Source: Jimgerdemannia flammicorona (lineage: Eukaryota). Taken from it: a stretch of 35,430 nt of DNA. Both the position numbers and the translations under genes were made by a program. The stretch is from assembly GCA_003990765.1 (NCBI GenBank), contig RBNJ01000251.1:1-35430 (forward strand), in the 5' to 3' direction. Under the pieces are notes generated by a model. It worked only from the letters and a program-made list of their open reading frames with translations. It was not told where the DNA came from and searched no databases. Of this stretch, positions 24,158 to 35,430 are shown in pieces (positions within the stretch are counted from its first letter, which is position 1; each line of letters starts with the position of its first letter).

Positions 24158-24361
24158 TTAGTTGTTCAAGGAATCATATTCTTGAACTAGGTCAGTAGCA
24201 TTCTGGAGGTTGGTCTTGGGTTCCCAGGTTGCATCATGGATTAGGTAACCTTTCCATTTGACAAGGTACTCTGGGTGGTTCTTGTGGCCATGTTTGTTGA
24301 GGATTTGTTCAACTTCGTACTCTTCTTGGTCATTAATAATGACAGGTGCAGGTGGTTTCAT
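24158..24361 (-). pseudogene. Chromodomain at the integrase C-terminus
   Basis: EEYEVEQILNK...EYLVKWKGY..HDATWEP..NL. Confidence 0.92.
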
Positions 24362-27300
24362 GGTTTGGTTAGGGAATAGTTCATCATCATTCTCATTATA
24401 TCACTTGAGGCATTGAACATTAAAGACTGGGTGAATCTTAATAGTGTCTGGTAGCACCAATTTGTAGGAGGTAGGAGAGACTTGTGCAATGACTTCAAAT
24501 GGTCCAATGAACTTGCTGTTTAGCTTTATAGATGGTCTGTACTTGAGGTTGTCAACTCAGTATCCCCAGATGTCTAGTAGAACTTTCTCTCCAATATCGA
24601 AGGTTTCTTCTTGGCAGTGTTGGTTAACATACTGTGAATGTTGTTCTTGAGCTCACGATAAATTCTCGATTGCGATCTGGCTTAGATTATGCATTTGGAG
24701 CAGGAATTCTTCAACAGCTTTGACTGTAGAGGGTTCTTCAGTAGTTCGGATAAGTGTCAAAGGGATATTTGGGTTTTGTCCAGTATTGGTGAAGAATGAG
24801 GTCATTCCAAGAGTGGCTTGCTTGCTATTGTTATAGGCAAACTCAACTGCAGTGAGGTGTTCATGCCAGTCATCTTGTCTGTAGGAAACATAGTTCCTTA
24901 GCATTTATTCTAGAGTTCAGTTCATTCTTTCAGTTTGGCCATCAGTTTCAGGGTGAAAGGCTGTGGATAGTGCAAGTTTTGTTCCAAGGTGTGTATGAAG
25001 GGCTTTCCAAAAATGGCTGGTGAATTTCAGGTCTCGGTCACTAACAATGATCTTAGGAAGACCATAATAGCAGAAAATATTATTAAACAAGAGTGTAGCT
25101 ATATCTGGTGCTGTTGTGGTAGTGGTGGTAGGCACAAAGTGGGCTTGTTTGCTGAGGTAATCCACAAAGACAACAATTGCATCTTTCCCATTCTTGGTTC
25201 GGGTAGTTGTATAATGAAGTCTATTGAGATTTGTTCCCAATTCGCAGATAGTACTGGGATAGGGTGAAGTAAGCTGGGTTTTGCTAGTGTTGAGGACTTA
25301 TTTCGTTAGTAGGCATCATAAGAAGTGATGTAGGTTTTGAGCTGATCTGCCATGTGGGGCTAATAGAAGTTTTAGGAGATAACTTTATAGCATTTGTCGA
25401 ATCCTAAATGTCCAGCTGTAGGGGCATTATGACATTTGAATAAGATAGTCCTTCAGAGGTCTCAGTTGTTTGGGACATATAGTCTGTCTTTGTAGTAGAT
25501 AGCATTGTCCTTCAGTTGGTATTGATGATACTGTGTATACTTGTCAGCATCATCACTGTTCAGGATTTCTTGAAGTGCTTGAGCTTCCTTATCATCAACA
25601 CATGCTGTGATAATTTGTTCCATGATAGAGTTTGTAACCAAGGTGAGAGTTTGGATAACTTCTTCGATTGGTGGTCTGGAGATTACATCAGCAACAATAT
25701 TTCCCTTGCCAGGGCAGTACTGGATTTCATAGTCAAAGTGGTGAGGACTTTCATCCATCTGGCTTGCTTTTGAGAAAGGGTAGCCTGTATCTTGATATTG
25801 ACTAATGACTTATAGTCAGTCAATACAGTGAAGTGTACTTCTTCTAGGTATGGTCACCATTTAATCAGAGTGTCTATAATGGCTAGCATTTCCTTCTCAT
25901 GGGTTGCATAGTTAATTTCAGCATCATTGAACTTGTGGGAGTGATAGGCCACAGGGTGTCCTTCTTTCATGAGCACTGCTCTAAGAGCTAGGTCAGAGGC
26001 ATCAGTAGTAACTTCATATGGTAGGATAGGATTTGCTGCTTGAAGTACTGGAGTGGTTATCAGGGCATCTTTCAGTGCTTGAAAAGCTGTATCTTGCTCA
26101 GATCCCCAAGTTACAAGATTGTTGAAGTCTTTCTCTTGTTTTATGGTCCAGGGTTGTTCTTATTTCTTGCTGTACTTGGTCATTTGAGTGAGGGCAGTAG
26201 CAATTTTAGCAAAGTTGACAACAAATCGCCTATAATAGTTTGCTAATCCCAGGAATGACTGGAGGTCTTTCAGCTTCTTAGGTCTGGGCCAATCTTTGAT
26301 TGTGGAGATTTTGCTGGGGTCCACCTTAATTCCATTTGGCGTGACAATATATCCAAGGAATTGGATTTCTTTCAGGAGAAATTCGCACTTGCTGAGTTTT
26401 GCAAAAAGTCAGTTTTCTCAGAGTTTCAGTAGTACTAGTTCAAGGTGTTCAAGATGTTCCTCCAGGGTTTTGCTGAAGACTAGGATGTCAACAATGTAGA
26501 CAACAAATTTGTCCAGGTATGGGTGCAGGATAGTATTCATCAGGGTCTGGAAGATTGCAGGAGCATTAGTTAAGCCAAAGGGCATAACAGGAACTCGAAG
26601 TGTCCATAGCGAGTTTGGAAAGCTGTCTTGTAGATGTCTTCTTCTTTCATGGCAATTTGCCAGTAACCATTTTGCAGGTCAAAGGAGCTCATGAATTGTA
26701 GATTGGTGAGCCTATCAAATATTTCATCAATTCTGGGTAGTGGGCAACAATTCTTGATGGTCTGTTCATTGAGGTCATGGTAGTTAATGCACATTCGCAG
26801 GTCTCCTCCTTTCTTGACAACAAATAGGACTAGTGCACCATAAGGTGATACACTGGGTCTGATGAATCCTTGTTCTAGGAGTTCATCAATTTCTTTCTTG
26901 AGTGCATCGATTTCTCTTGGAGATATGTGGTAGATTGACTTGAAGGCTGGTTTGACATCATGGTCTACTGCTCGTTTAGGAGGTAGGCCTTTCAGGAGCT
27001 TCTTTGGAAATATGTCTCGAAATTTCTGGAGTAGTGTCTGACACAGCTGTCAACTTTGGAAAAATCTTCTTCAGAGTTCTCGGGTTCTCCTTTGGATGGA
27101 TGGATGGAGATGGCAAAGAGAGGGCATTTCTTGGCCAATTTCTTGAGTTGTAGCTTATTGATGTGGGTAATCTTTGGTCCAGGGTCACTAGAATTAAGTG
27201 GGTCCTTTTCACCTTGCAGTTTGAAGTTGTGGTGTCCTTTCTTGATGGTCAGAGAATGGTTTACCCAATCAATCATGGGGTTCTCTTGTTTTAACCATGG

Positions 27301-27690
27301 AGTCTCAAGGATGATTTCATTGTCAGGAAGTGGTACAATTTGGAGAGTAACATGTACTCGGTAATCACCAATTTGGAAGGGCAGATTGCAGACTTCTTTG
27401 CTAATAACATGTGAGGTTCCATCAGCTGTAGCAACTGCTTGAGTTTGCTGTACTGGAGAGGTGAAGACCTTAAGTCTGTTGGCTGTTTCTTCACTGATGA
27501 AGTTGCCTGAGGCACTACTGTCTATCATAATCTTAACAGGTGCTCGGTTGACAAAAGCCTTAAGTGTGAGCAGTTTGTCTGATCCAATGGTGGTGATTTC
27601 AGTTATAGGGGCTTTCCTTCTGTTGGCTTTTCTTTGTGCCAGTTCATTGACACAAGAGAAGCAATCATCAATCATTTGGGAAGAGTACAT
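24158..27690 (-). pseudogene. pol: Gypsy pol: protease, RT, RNase H, integrase, chromodomain (degenerate)
   Basis: IMIDSSASGNFI (PR); [16 protein letters not shown] and KTAF (RT); TDASD and NYATHEKEMLAI (RH); H...AGHLG, IVSDRD and HPETDGQTERMN (IN). Confidence 0.92.
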
Positions 27691-27789
27691 CCCAATGCCA
27701 TGAGGGCATCAGCCACTTGGTACATATCTATCTTCGATCTTCTTGTAGAATTGTTCTTCTTTGCTCATGGTAGGTTGGGCTGGGGCCTT

Positions 27790-28200
27790 GTTTGATGAGC
27801 CAAATCCTTTGGATCCTCGGATGGTAGGTCGTAGTTCAGGGACTTCCTTGACTGTCAGGGTTGACTTGATTTTTTCAAATAAGATCTGGGCAATGCAGAA
27901 ACCTATAGGGATCTTGAAGGGTGTCCAACTATGGTTTTGGATTAGGATAATAATTTCACCTGTATAATCCTCATCAATGACTCCTCCTTTTACTGAGAGT
28001 CCTTTCAATGCTAGGCTGCTGCGACAGCATATTCTTCCAACATGTCCTTCAGGGATTTGGATGCTGATTCCTGTGTAGACTTGTTTGACTTCTTGGTTGG
28101 AAACTGTAGCTTCTTCGGCTGCATATAGGTCATATCCAGCTGCTTTTTGATTCCTTTGGCTGGGGCCTTAGCAGTTTGTCTTAACTTGACAAAGTCTAGT
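27790..28200 (-). pseudogene. dut: dUTPase domain
   Basis: All five trimeric dUTPase motifs: AGYDL, RSSLA, GVIDEDYTG, IAQI, RGSKGFGSS; one frameshift near 28150. Confidence 0.92.
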
Positions 28201-28229
28201 GTTCTGGTGGTCAGATTGTTGAGGTGGTG

Positions 28230-29034
28230 CAGAGTGGTAACTGTTGCTTGTGTTGCTGTTCGGGGTTTTCAGTTAGGGCAGGCACTGGCCATGTGTCCTG
28301 TCTTTTGGCAATAGAAGCATGCTCTGCTTCTTTGCAGTTCATTCCTTTCGCCTTCAGTAAGTTTCTTGAAGGTACTTGGCTGGGTGGGTTTATGATTTCT
28401 AGGTGTCTAAGATGTGGATGTGGAGGGAGCTTGGGATGCTTCATGCTTGGGTTCTTCTTTCTTAGTCCAAGTCCTTTCCTTGTTGTTAAATTGCCTTCAG
28501 GGCAGAATTGGTCTGGCTGTTAGGATTCGCTTGACCATAGTCTTGATTCTTGCCTGGTACCATTGTTGGTGATCACAACCAACTGGGTGGCCTTGTTCTT
28601 GGATTTTTCTAGTAAGCCATTCAGGCAGGGCATCGAATAAATGGTCTGCTCTTGTACCATTTTGTGCTTCATCGTTGGCAATATATCCTAGGCCAACAGT
28701 ATTCAGGAGTGATTCGAGTTTTGTACAGAAGGTTTCGAATTCTTCTTTGCCATGTATATTGAATTTGAGATTGCAGAGTTTTACTCGGGATTCAGCAATC
28801 ATAGTTTCACTGCGGTATTGTACAATCATGAGTTATTTGAGTCCAGGGGCTGCAGGATGGGCTCCATATCCTGGGTCATTGTTTACTGCATTCTGAGCAA
28901 CTACTGCAGGTTGGGTATCCCATGTTAGGGGGTTTTCAGGAAGGGTTCGCCACCATTCTTCAGCAGGTCCTCAGAAGAATGTAACAAATTGGCAGACATA
29001 GGCTGTAGTGGTAGCAAAGAGTTGTTCCAGAATA

Positions 29035-29065
<31 letters not shown>

Positions 29066-29900
29066 AGAGTGTGGTCTTGATTGTTTGTCAAAACACAGTC
29101 AGCAACTCGCTCATTGGTCCATTGATTGGCTTCGAAGTTGGTGTCAACTATGCTAATGAAGCTTTGGACTTCTTGTGCAGTACCATTGAAGGTAGGTAGG
29201 CTCAGATTTTTGGTAGGTCGGGTATGTTCAGCTAAGGTAATAATGGTTGCTGCCATTATGGCTATCTGGGCTATAAGGTCTAGAATCTGTAGGTTCACCA
29301 TGTTGTTTACTGGAGGCAGTTGGACTACTGGTAGTGGTATTACTGGTACTACTTGAGGTACTGGTGCAGAGTGTGATGGGGTTCTTTGGGTCTGTGTAAG
29401 TTGCTGAAGTAATAGTTGTGGATCTGGGGTGAGGGCTTGATAGATAGCTGTTTGTTGCTGTGTAGGTGTATTCTGTCCTGATGGAGGTGCTTCTCCTTCA
29501 GTGGTGTATCTAGGATCGAATTCACTGAGATACTCCTCCTCTTCTTCGGTTTGGTCCTCATGTAATTGGGTTTGCTCACTGTCAAAGTAGACAGAATCAG
29601 TTGTATATCTGATTTCAGATGGACCTAATTCAAAGTCAAGTTCAGGTTCGGTATTGGTTTCAGATTCAGGTAGAGCTGTAGCAGGGCCTGCTTCAGGTTC
29701 AGGGTCAGGTAGTTGATGAAGGGTTTCTCTTGCTTCTTCTTTAAGGATATAGCAGATCTTGTTGTTCTGGAATTGATAGTATAAGGCAGTCTTGGTCCTG
29801 GTGTGGTGAAAGTTGGTAGAGTTGAGCCACTTGGCTACAGAGGCTTGGGCTTTGTAAGGAACTAAGGCTAGAAAGACTACTGCTGTTGTCCTAGGTCACT
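28230..29900 (-). pseudogene. gag: Gypsy gag with acidic/Pro-Gln-rich N-terminal extension and CCHC zinc knuckle
   Basis: LPTFNG capsid-start motif; CFYCQKTGHMASAC at ~28277-28320; reading frame restored when the 37-bp poly(A) insertion is removed. Confidence 0.8.
29016..29068 (+). mobile_element. Solo poly(A) insertion with 16-bp target-site duplication
   Basis: AAAGAGTTGTTCCAGA (29016-29031), AT, A-run, AAAGAGTTATTCCAGA (29053-29068). Confidence 0.85.
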
Positions 29901-30244
29901 TGGATTTGTGGTGCTGACAAAACTCTTGTTAAGAAGAGTAAAGAAGACTTCAATAAGACCTTCTTCATCGTGACTTACTAGGTATAGTGCAAGGAGTTTG
30001 GTGAATAGGGTTTCGCCTATTTGCTGGTTTAACTGGAGTACTTCTTTCTTTGAATGAAGTTTGTCCCACTTGTTGCAGGTGTGGAGGTCAAATTGGCCTT
30101 GTATGTCAGGTTCAATTCACTACAGATTGTCAGATAGTTCAGGATAAATTCCAGTTCAGAGGTTGGGCTTTATATGAACTTGTAGGAATTCTCAGAAGGG
30201 GTTGTAGCAGGATGAGGAAGTATCTTGAAGTGGAATTGGATTGT

Positions 30245-30259
30245 AAACCACTGCTACCA
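30245..30259 (-). other. Primer-binding site TGGTAGCAGTGGTTT, initiator-Met-tRNA-like
   Basis: Starts with TGG 3 nt after the 5' LTR; TGGTAGC matches 3' ends of known eukaryotic tRNAiMet. Confidence 0.7.
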
Positions 30260-30262
30260 AGT

Positions 30263-32322
30263 TGTAATAGAGTTGCTTTTTAAGGTAATCATTACATAGT
30301 TCTGGAAAGGTTTTCTGGAGGTTCTGGATATTCTGAAAGACTGTTTTCTTATGGTTAAGATCAATTTCATATGGAGTACATCCTCTATGCTTTTTGATTT
30401 TAAGTTTGGGTTGACATCTCAACCAAAGTCCTTTTTTAGCCTAGTTCTGGATGTTCAGGATTTTCCATGTTTCAGGAAGTTCAAGAAACTAAGACAAGCT
30501 TAGTTGAATTGGCATTTTGCTACAGACAATACCCAATTAGGAACTTTCATGACAGGGTTAGGAGTGGGACTTAATGGGGAGCAGATTTACTTAAGAGTGG
30601 TTTGTGGGTTATTGAATAGATTTATTCACTATTCATGATATTGCTATACTAAAAGTAGTTGTGTGAAGAGATATTGTGGGGAAGTGCTCAGGAGTTGTGT
30701 TCAGATTGTTCAGGTCTGAGATTCTGAGGTCTGGGGGAGGGGGTATTTATACTAGTGAGGGGCTATCTGGACTATGCTAGATATGGATGTAGTACTAAGT
30801 ACCTTGCTGAGTCGGAATGCAGTCACATAGTATAAGTGTGATCTGACATGTCAAGAGATTGTCTGACTGCTGAGTCAGTTCACAGTCATGTCATATAAGA
30901 CTAATCTAACTATACTATGACTGCTAGGCTATTTATGGTTTAGGTACTGTCTGGGTAGTCCTTGATGACATCACCATCAATTGCATCATCTCTGATGAAG
31001 TAGTTGTCTAGGAAGAGTGGTTCGCAGATTACTTCTCCTTGTTCACTAAGGTAATAATACATTGGAACTTCGTCTCCATCCCACAAGATGGCATCATCTG
31101 TCTCATATGCTGGATAAGGTATTGGTGGGCGAAGGAGGGGTGCATCATCTTCACTTTCATCAGATTTGCTGTCTGCATACCTTCTGTAGATTACAGCACT
31201 ATGAGTCATGGAGTTGTAGTAAGCTGGTGGCTGTGGTTCATGTTGCTCATACTTGGGTGGTAGAGTGGTTGGTTCGATCTCGAGAGTTGTCTGGAGGTAC
31301 AGGTTGTGTTCTCCAGTCTCTTCATTATAGTTGAAGTAATCAGGGGTGAATGCAGGTTGGTATTCATGCCAGTGGTCATTGTCCCAATAAGTCTTATATG
31401 CTGTTATGAATTGTTGTATGTTCATTGGCAAGGTTGGTGGTATGATCAGGGTTGGCAGAGATTCTTGACTAGAGATCATGTCGGTGTCAGAGGGATCATT
31501 GTCTTCTGCTTCATCTTCATTGAAGTGGATTATATTGTAGATGTCCTTCATGGTATATCCCACTTTGGGCATTTGCAGAATATGATCATTGGGGTGTAGG
31601 AAGGTTCTGTCTGTGGTTTCAATGTACTCAAGATACTTGTGGTTGAGTTCTTGTATCATGTCGTCGATTTGGCCATAGGATAGGGTAGCAACCATTTCAG
31701 CTGTGGTAACTCAGAGATAGGGAATAACAGTGCTATACTCATAGAAGAGTTCTCGATGTTTGTGGGTGATGAGCTTCTGGTGTTGAGACATCTGGGTAAT
31801 GTCTGTATCATGGTGGTGTTTGATCATGTCTTCCAGGAGGTGGCCGATCTGATAGTAGCTTGAGATTTGTCTGATTCAGTGGGCCTCACTAAGCATGTTC
31901 AGAGTATTCCATCAGGCTTCCACAAAGTAGAGGGGTGCTAGACTATGGATATTCATGAGGGGCAGAGGGGGTGTGGCTCGGTTGACAATGGCATTCCAAA
32001 TGTGCACAGATATGGGTATAGATCTCAGTGGTCATGTTTGTGTGTTTGGAAGTTGTGGTTGTTGTTTGTTTTGGTTCTCTGATTCACGCGTCTCAGTGCT
32101 CAGTATATATGCATTTGGTCCTGATTGGTAAGATTCTGTTTGTATGAATCTTGTGTTCTGTGACTTCATATTGTCTCAGCTTTGTGCACTGTGACTTCAG
32201 TTTGACTCAGCTTTGTGATCAAGCAGGTGATTTCCAGATTTATTCAGAGGTCACATGTGATTTCAGTGGTTTATTCAGAGGGTGATATGTAATTTCAGTA
32301 GCTTGGGGGTTGTGTGCTTACA
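30263..32322 (-). repeat. 5' LTR (2060 bp)
   Basis: Direct repeat of 21618-23735, lacking 56+2 bp. Confidence 0.95.
30940..32035 (-). pseudogene. LTR-embedded ORF of unknown function, 5' LTR copy (251 aa still open, 30940-31695)
   Basis: Same protein as 22295-23448; 2-bp deletion near the start and two shared TGA stops. Confidence 0.7.
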
Positions 32323-35300
32323 GACTGGGTGGGTGGGCATTCTGGTTCAAAAGGGGATAGAGGACATTGGGGATATTGGACATTGGGGGAGTAGATTGGT
32401 GTGGGGAGTATGGAAGAGGCCTGGGTGGAACCCTTTGACTATTGGATCATATTATTGCCTGGCTGAGAGGGGGGAACACATAAATTGGATCAGAAACTTG
32501 AGGAAGACTAGTGTTATGGGTGAGGTAGGGATTAATTGCCTGGGGGGTAATTTCAACATGGTATATGATAATAGGTAGGATAGGACTGATGGTGGAAGAG
32601 GAATGAGAGGCAGAAGTGGTAGGTTGGATGATTGGATGGAGATTGAGAGGTTGAGCTCCTTGGTTGACTCAGGGTGACAGTTTTGGGTAGATCACTGAAT
32701 TTATACCCACTGAGTGGCAGGGCTGGGCTCCAGGATTGACTAGGTGTTGACAGTGGAGTACTGGGGAGTAGATGTCTGAAACATGCTGGAGGTGGTTTGG
32801 TGCCCATACTTGGATCACTGGGGTCTGATAGAGAGTGGGAGATTTGGGAGAAGTGGGGATAGGCCTGGACATTGACAACTGAATTCTTCTTTGTTGGAGG
32901 ATGGTTCCTTATGGATAGACTGAGAGGTGGAAGTTATTGAGAAGATTGGTAGGTGGCAGGAGCAGGGATTGGTAATTGGGGATCACTGATAGTGACTGAA
33001 ATTGAGTGCTCAGAGGTACTGGAGGGAGGCAGGGAAAGGAAGGAGTGCTCAGTAGTGGCAGCAAGTGCAATGGGCTTTACAGAGATTGGCAGTGCTTCTG
33101 GGGAGGTGGGCAGAGTCGCTGGAGGATTGGGGGTGGCTGATTGGTGAATTCTGTAGATACAAAAGAAAGTAGATGAGCTAAAGGAAGTATTAGGAATGGA
33201 GAAAGAGGTTTAGCTGAAGGGGATGGTGGCAAGGTTGCAGTAGCAGGGGTTGGAGGAGGGGGAGAGGCCCACTAGATTTCTTTCATAGTTGCTCCAAGCT
33301 CAGAGAACTAGACAGCAGTGGGATGGTATTTTGGATGAGGATGGAAATTTATAGAGTGAAGAAGAAGGGGGTGAGAATGTCTGGAATATTGAACAGCATT
33401 TGGAGGATTGGTATCTGGACCCAGTATTGGGCCTGGGGATACTAGGCAATCCAGTGTAGGGGGAGGAAGTATGTAAGGTCTTGGCTTCAACAAGTAAGGG
33501 GACAGCTCCAGGAGAGAATGGGCTTCTCTGGGATTTTTGGAAGAAGATAGTTGGGGTGGAGATGGTATTGGAGGAGATGATAGTGATGTATAGTGAGGTC
33601 CTTCAGTCTGGAACTTAGATTGAGAGCCAGCACCTAGGGCTGGTCTCCTTGCTCTATAAGGATAAGGGGAGAAGAGAAGATTGGAAGAACTGACAACTGA
33701 TCATGCTCCTTGACATGGACTGCAAGCTGGTGACAAAGATCTTAATAACTAGACTGTAAGGGATCACTCAGCAGATGCAAGGAGTGGAGCAGAGGAGATT
33801 TGTTAGTGGTCAGTTGATCCAAGATGGAACTGCCTGAGTTCATGGGGTGATTAAAGAGGCTCAGACAGCTGGGGTTGATGGCCAGTTAGTATTTCTAGAT
33901 CAGGAGAAGGTATATGACAGGGTGAGGAGGGTCTGGCTAGAGAGAGTGCTGAAATATGTGGGAGTTCTCCCAGAGTTCAGGAGGTCATTAATCAGCCTAT
34001 TGGAGAACAGTCAAGCAGGATTAATAGTGAATGGGCACAGGGGTGTGACTTTTCCACTAGGTTGCAGGGTGCTGCAAGGGGATCCTTTATTACCTATCCT
34101 ATATGCCCTTTCCTTGGAGCCCCTATTGGACAGGATTTGGCATTGAATTGGGGTTTTGGACATTTTGGAGATTAACTGGAAGGTTGGGGCTTTTGTAGAT
34201 AATATGGTGGTTGAACTGAGTTATTAGCAGATGTAGAGGAATTAAGAATGACTGTGGAATGGTATGATAGGAGCTCAGGTGCTTGACTCAACTGGCACAA
34301 ATGTGAGACTCTGGTGCTAGGTGGCAGAATAGTTGGTGGTGATATGATTGGAACAGTGGTTCTAGCAGGAGAACTGGTCTGGTACTTGAGAATATACTTT
34401 TCAGTATATAGGTCCCTCTTGCTCCATATATGGTGGGAACAGCAGCTACTAGTATGGAGGAATGTTCTCTTGAGGTGGGGTGGTTGGTATATATTCTTGA
34501 CAGGAAGGATGATAGTGCTGAATGTGTAATGGCTGCCAAAGCTGTGGTATATAGGGTATTATCTGACTTCTCAGCATGGGTGATCAGGTAACTTCTGAAG
34601 ATGACAAGATCGTGGATTTGGGCTAGATAGTAAAGTCAGATAGGCTGGAAGGTTCTGACTCTGCCTGTTGATAGAGGCAGACTGGGCTTAGTAGACTTTA
34701 CCAAGTGCCTATATTGCCTGAGAGTATGGTGGCTGAAGAGAGTGAGTGAGTTGAGAGGCTGGGAGTAGGTACTACTCATACAGAGGGTGTGGGAGGTCTG
34801 GTATTCCCCTCATGGAGCAACTGGTGATCTGCTTGCAATGGTGGCCATGGATGGGAGTAAGAGGATATATTATAATGGTTTTTGGTAGGGAGTGGTGGAT
34901 AGTGTAAGAAGAATTGAACTTCAGTAGAGGAGTGATGAGGGGGTAGAGGACTGGGGACCACAGATGTGGAGATGAAACTGGCTACTGCTGGGAGGTATAT
35001 TGAAGGAGGACTTTCAGCTTGGTGATGGAATGGAATATATGAGGGGACTCAGGGGGGATGTGTGGCCTAAAGCATGGCAAAGGGTGGGGATTGGTGAGAA
35101 GTGGGACTGGAATAGTATTTGGCCTTAGAGTGAGCAAGTGATGTGATGGCTTCTCCTCAATTTCTGGGTGGTATGGTGGAGGTTCCTAAGGTGGAATGTA
35201 ATGCTGAAATATCAGTCAGGGCACTTGGGGGCAGACAGCATGTTTGAGTATAAGGAATACATGGACATTGGCCAGGAGGGAGGAGTGGTACAGATGTCTG

Positions 35301-35430
35301 AACATTGGCTAGAGGAGTGTAAAGTTTTGGGGAAGGTTTGGTACAGTATTTCTAGTAGACTAGAATTGTAGCCCCTGATGGGGGGGGGAAGGAGGGAGAT
35401 GGGGGGACCTCTAGTGAAGGTTAGTAGGTA
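32323..35430 (+). mobile_element. LINE copy 3, 3' part (ORF2 endonuclease and RT), runs off the window
   Basis: GGNFN, APGENG, KN*QLIMLLDMDCKL, FLDQEKVYDRV, LQGDPLLPILY, AFVDN (ex-FADD), GRMIVLN...LPKLWY; typical of the L1 clade. Confidence 0.9.

Larger units (their letters stand above)
21618..32322 (-). mobile_element. Full-length Ty3/gypsy chromovirus with dUTPase and ORF-containing LTRs
   Basis: LTRs with TGTAA...TTACA ends; 5-bp TSD GACTG (21613-21617 and 32323-32327); PBS; PPT; domain order gag-dUTPase-PR-RT-RH-IN-chromodomain. Confidence 0.96.

Noticed and set aside
28140..28165. Programmed gag-pol frameshift
   Set aside because: The shift falls inside the dUTPase N-terminus with no canonical slippery heptamer; a 1-nt indel is more likely

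Overview
This is a eukaryotic, very probably fungal, heterochromatin-like window made almost entirely of nested, decayed transposable elements, with no recognisable host gene. From left to right: (1) a poly(A) tail followed by a degenerate L1-clade LINE (+). (2) A Helitron Rep region (+), split by a comparatively young, CpG-rich Ngaro-type tyrosine-recombinase retrotransposon (-, 6445-12155) with split direct repeats. This element carries a 9-copy 21-bp repeat/variable-spacer array behind its recombinase gene and an unexpected 10-bp flanking duplication. (3) An unassigned repeat-rich segment and a Helitron PIF1-helicase fragment (-). (4) Two more L1-clade LINE copies (+), the last split by a full-length Ty3/gypsy chromovirus (-, 21618-32322, TSD GACTG). 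The chromovirus has ~2.1-kb LTRs that each contain a ~365-385-codon ORF with its own putative promoter, and a dUTPase between nucleocapsid and protease. Most ORFs are broken by C>T/G>A transitions (CpG and CpA contexts), consistent with methylation or RIP-like mutation. All calls come from manual translation and motif recognition; no searches were run.
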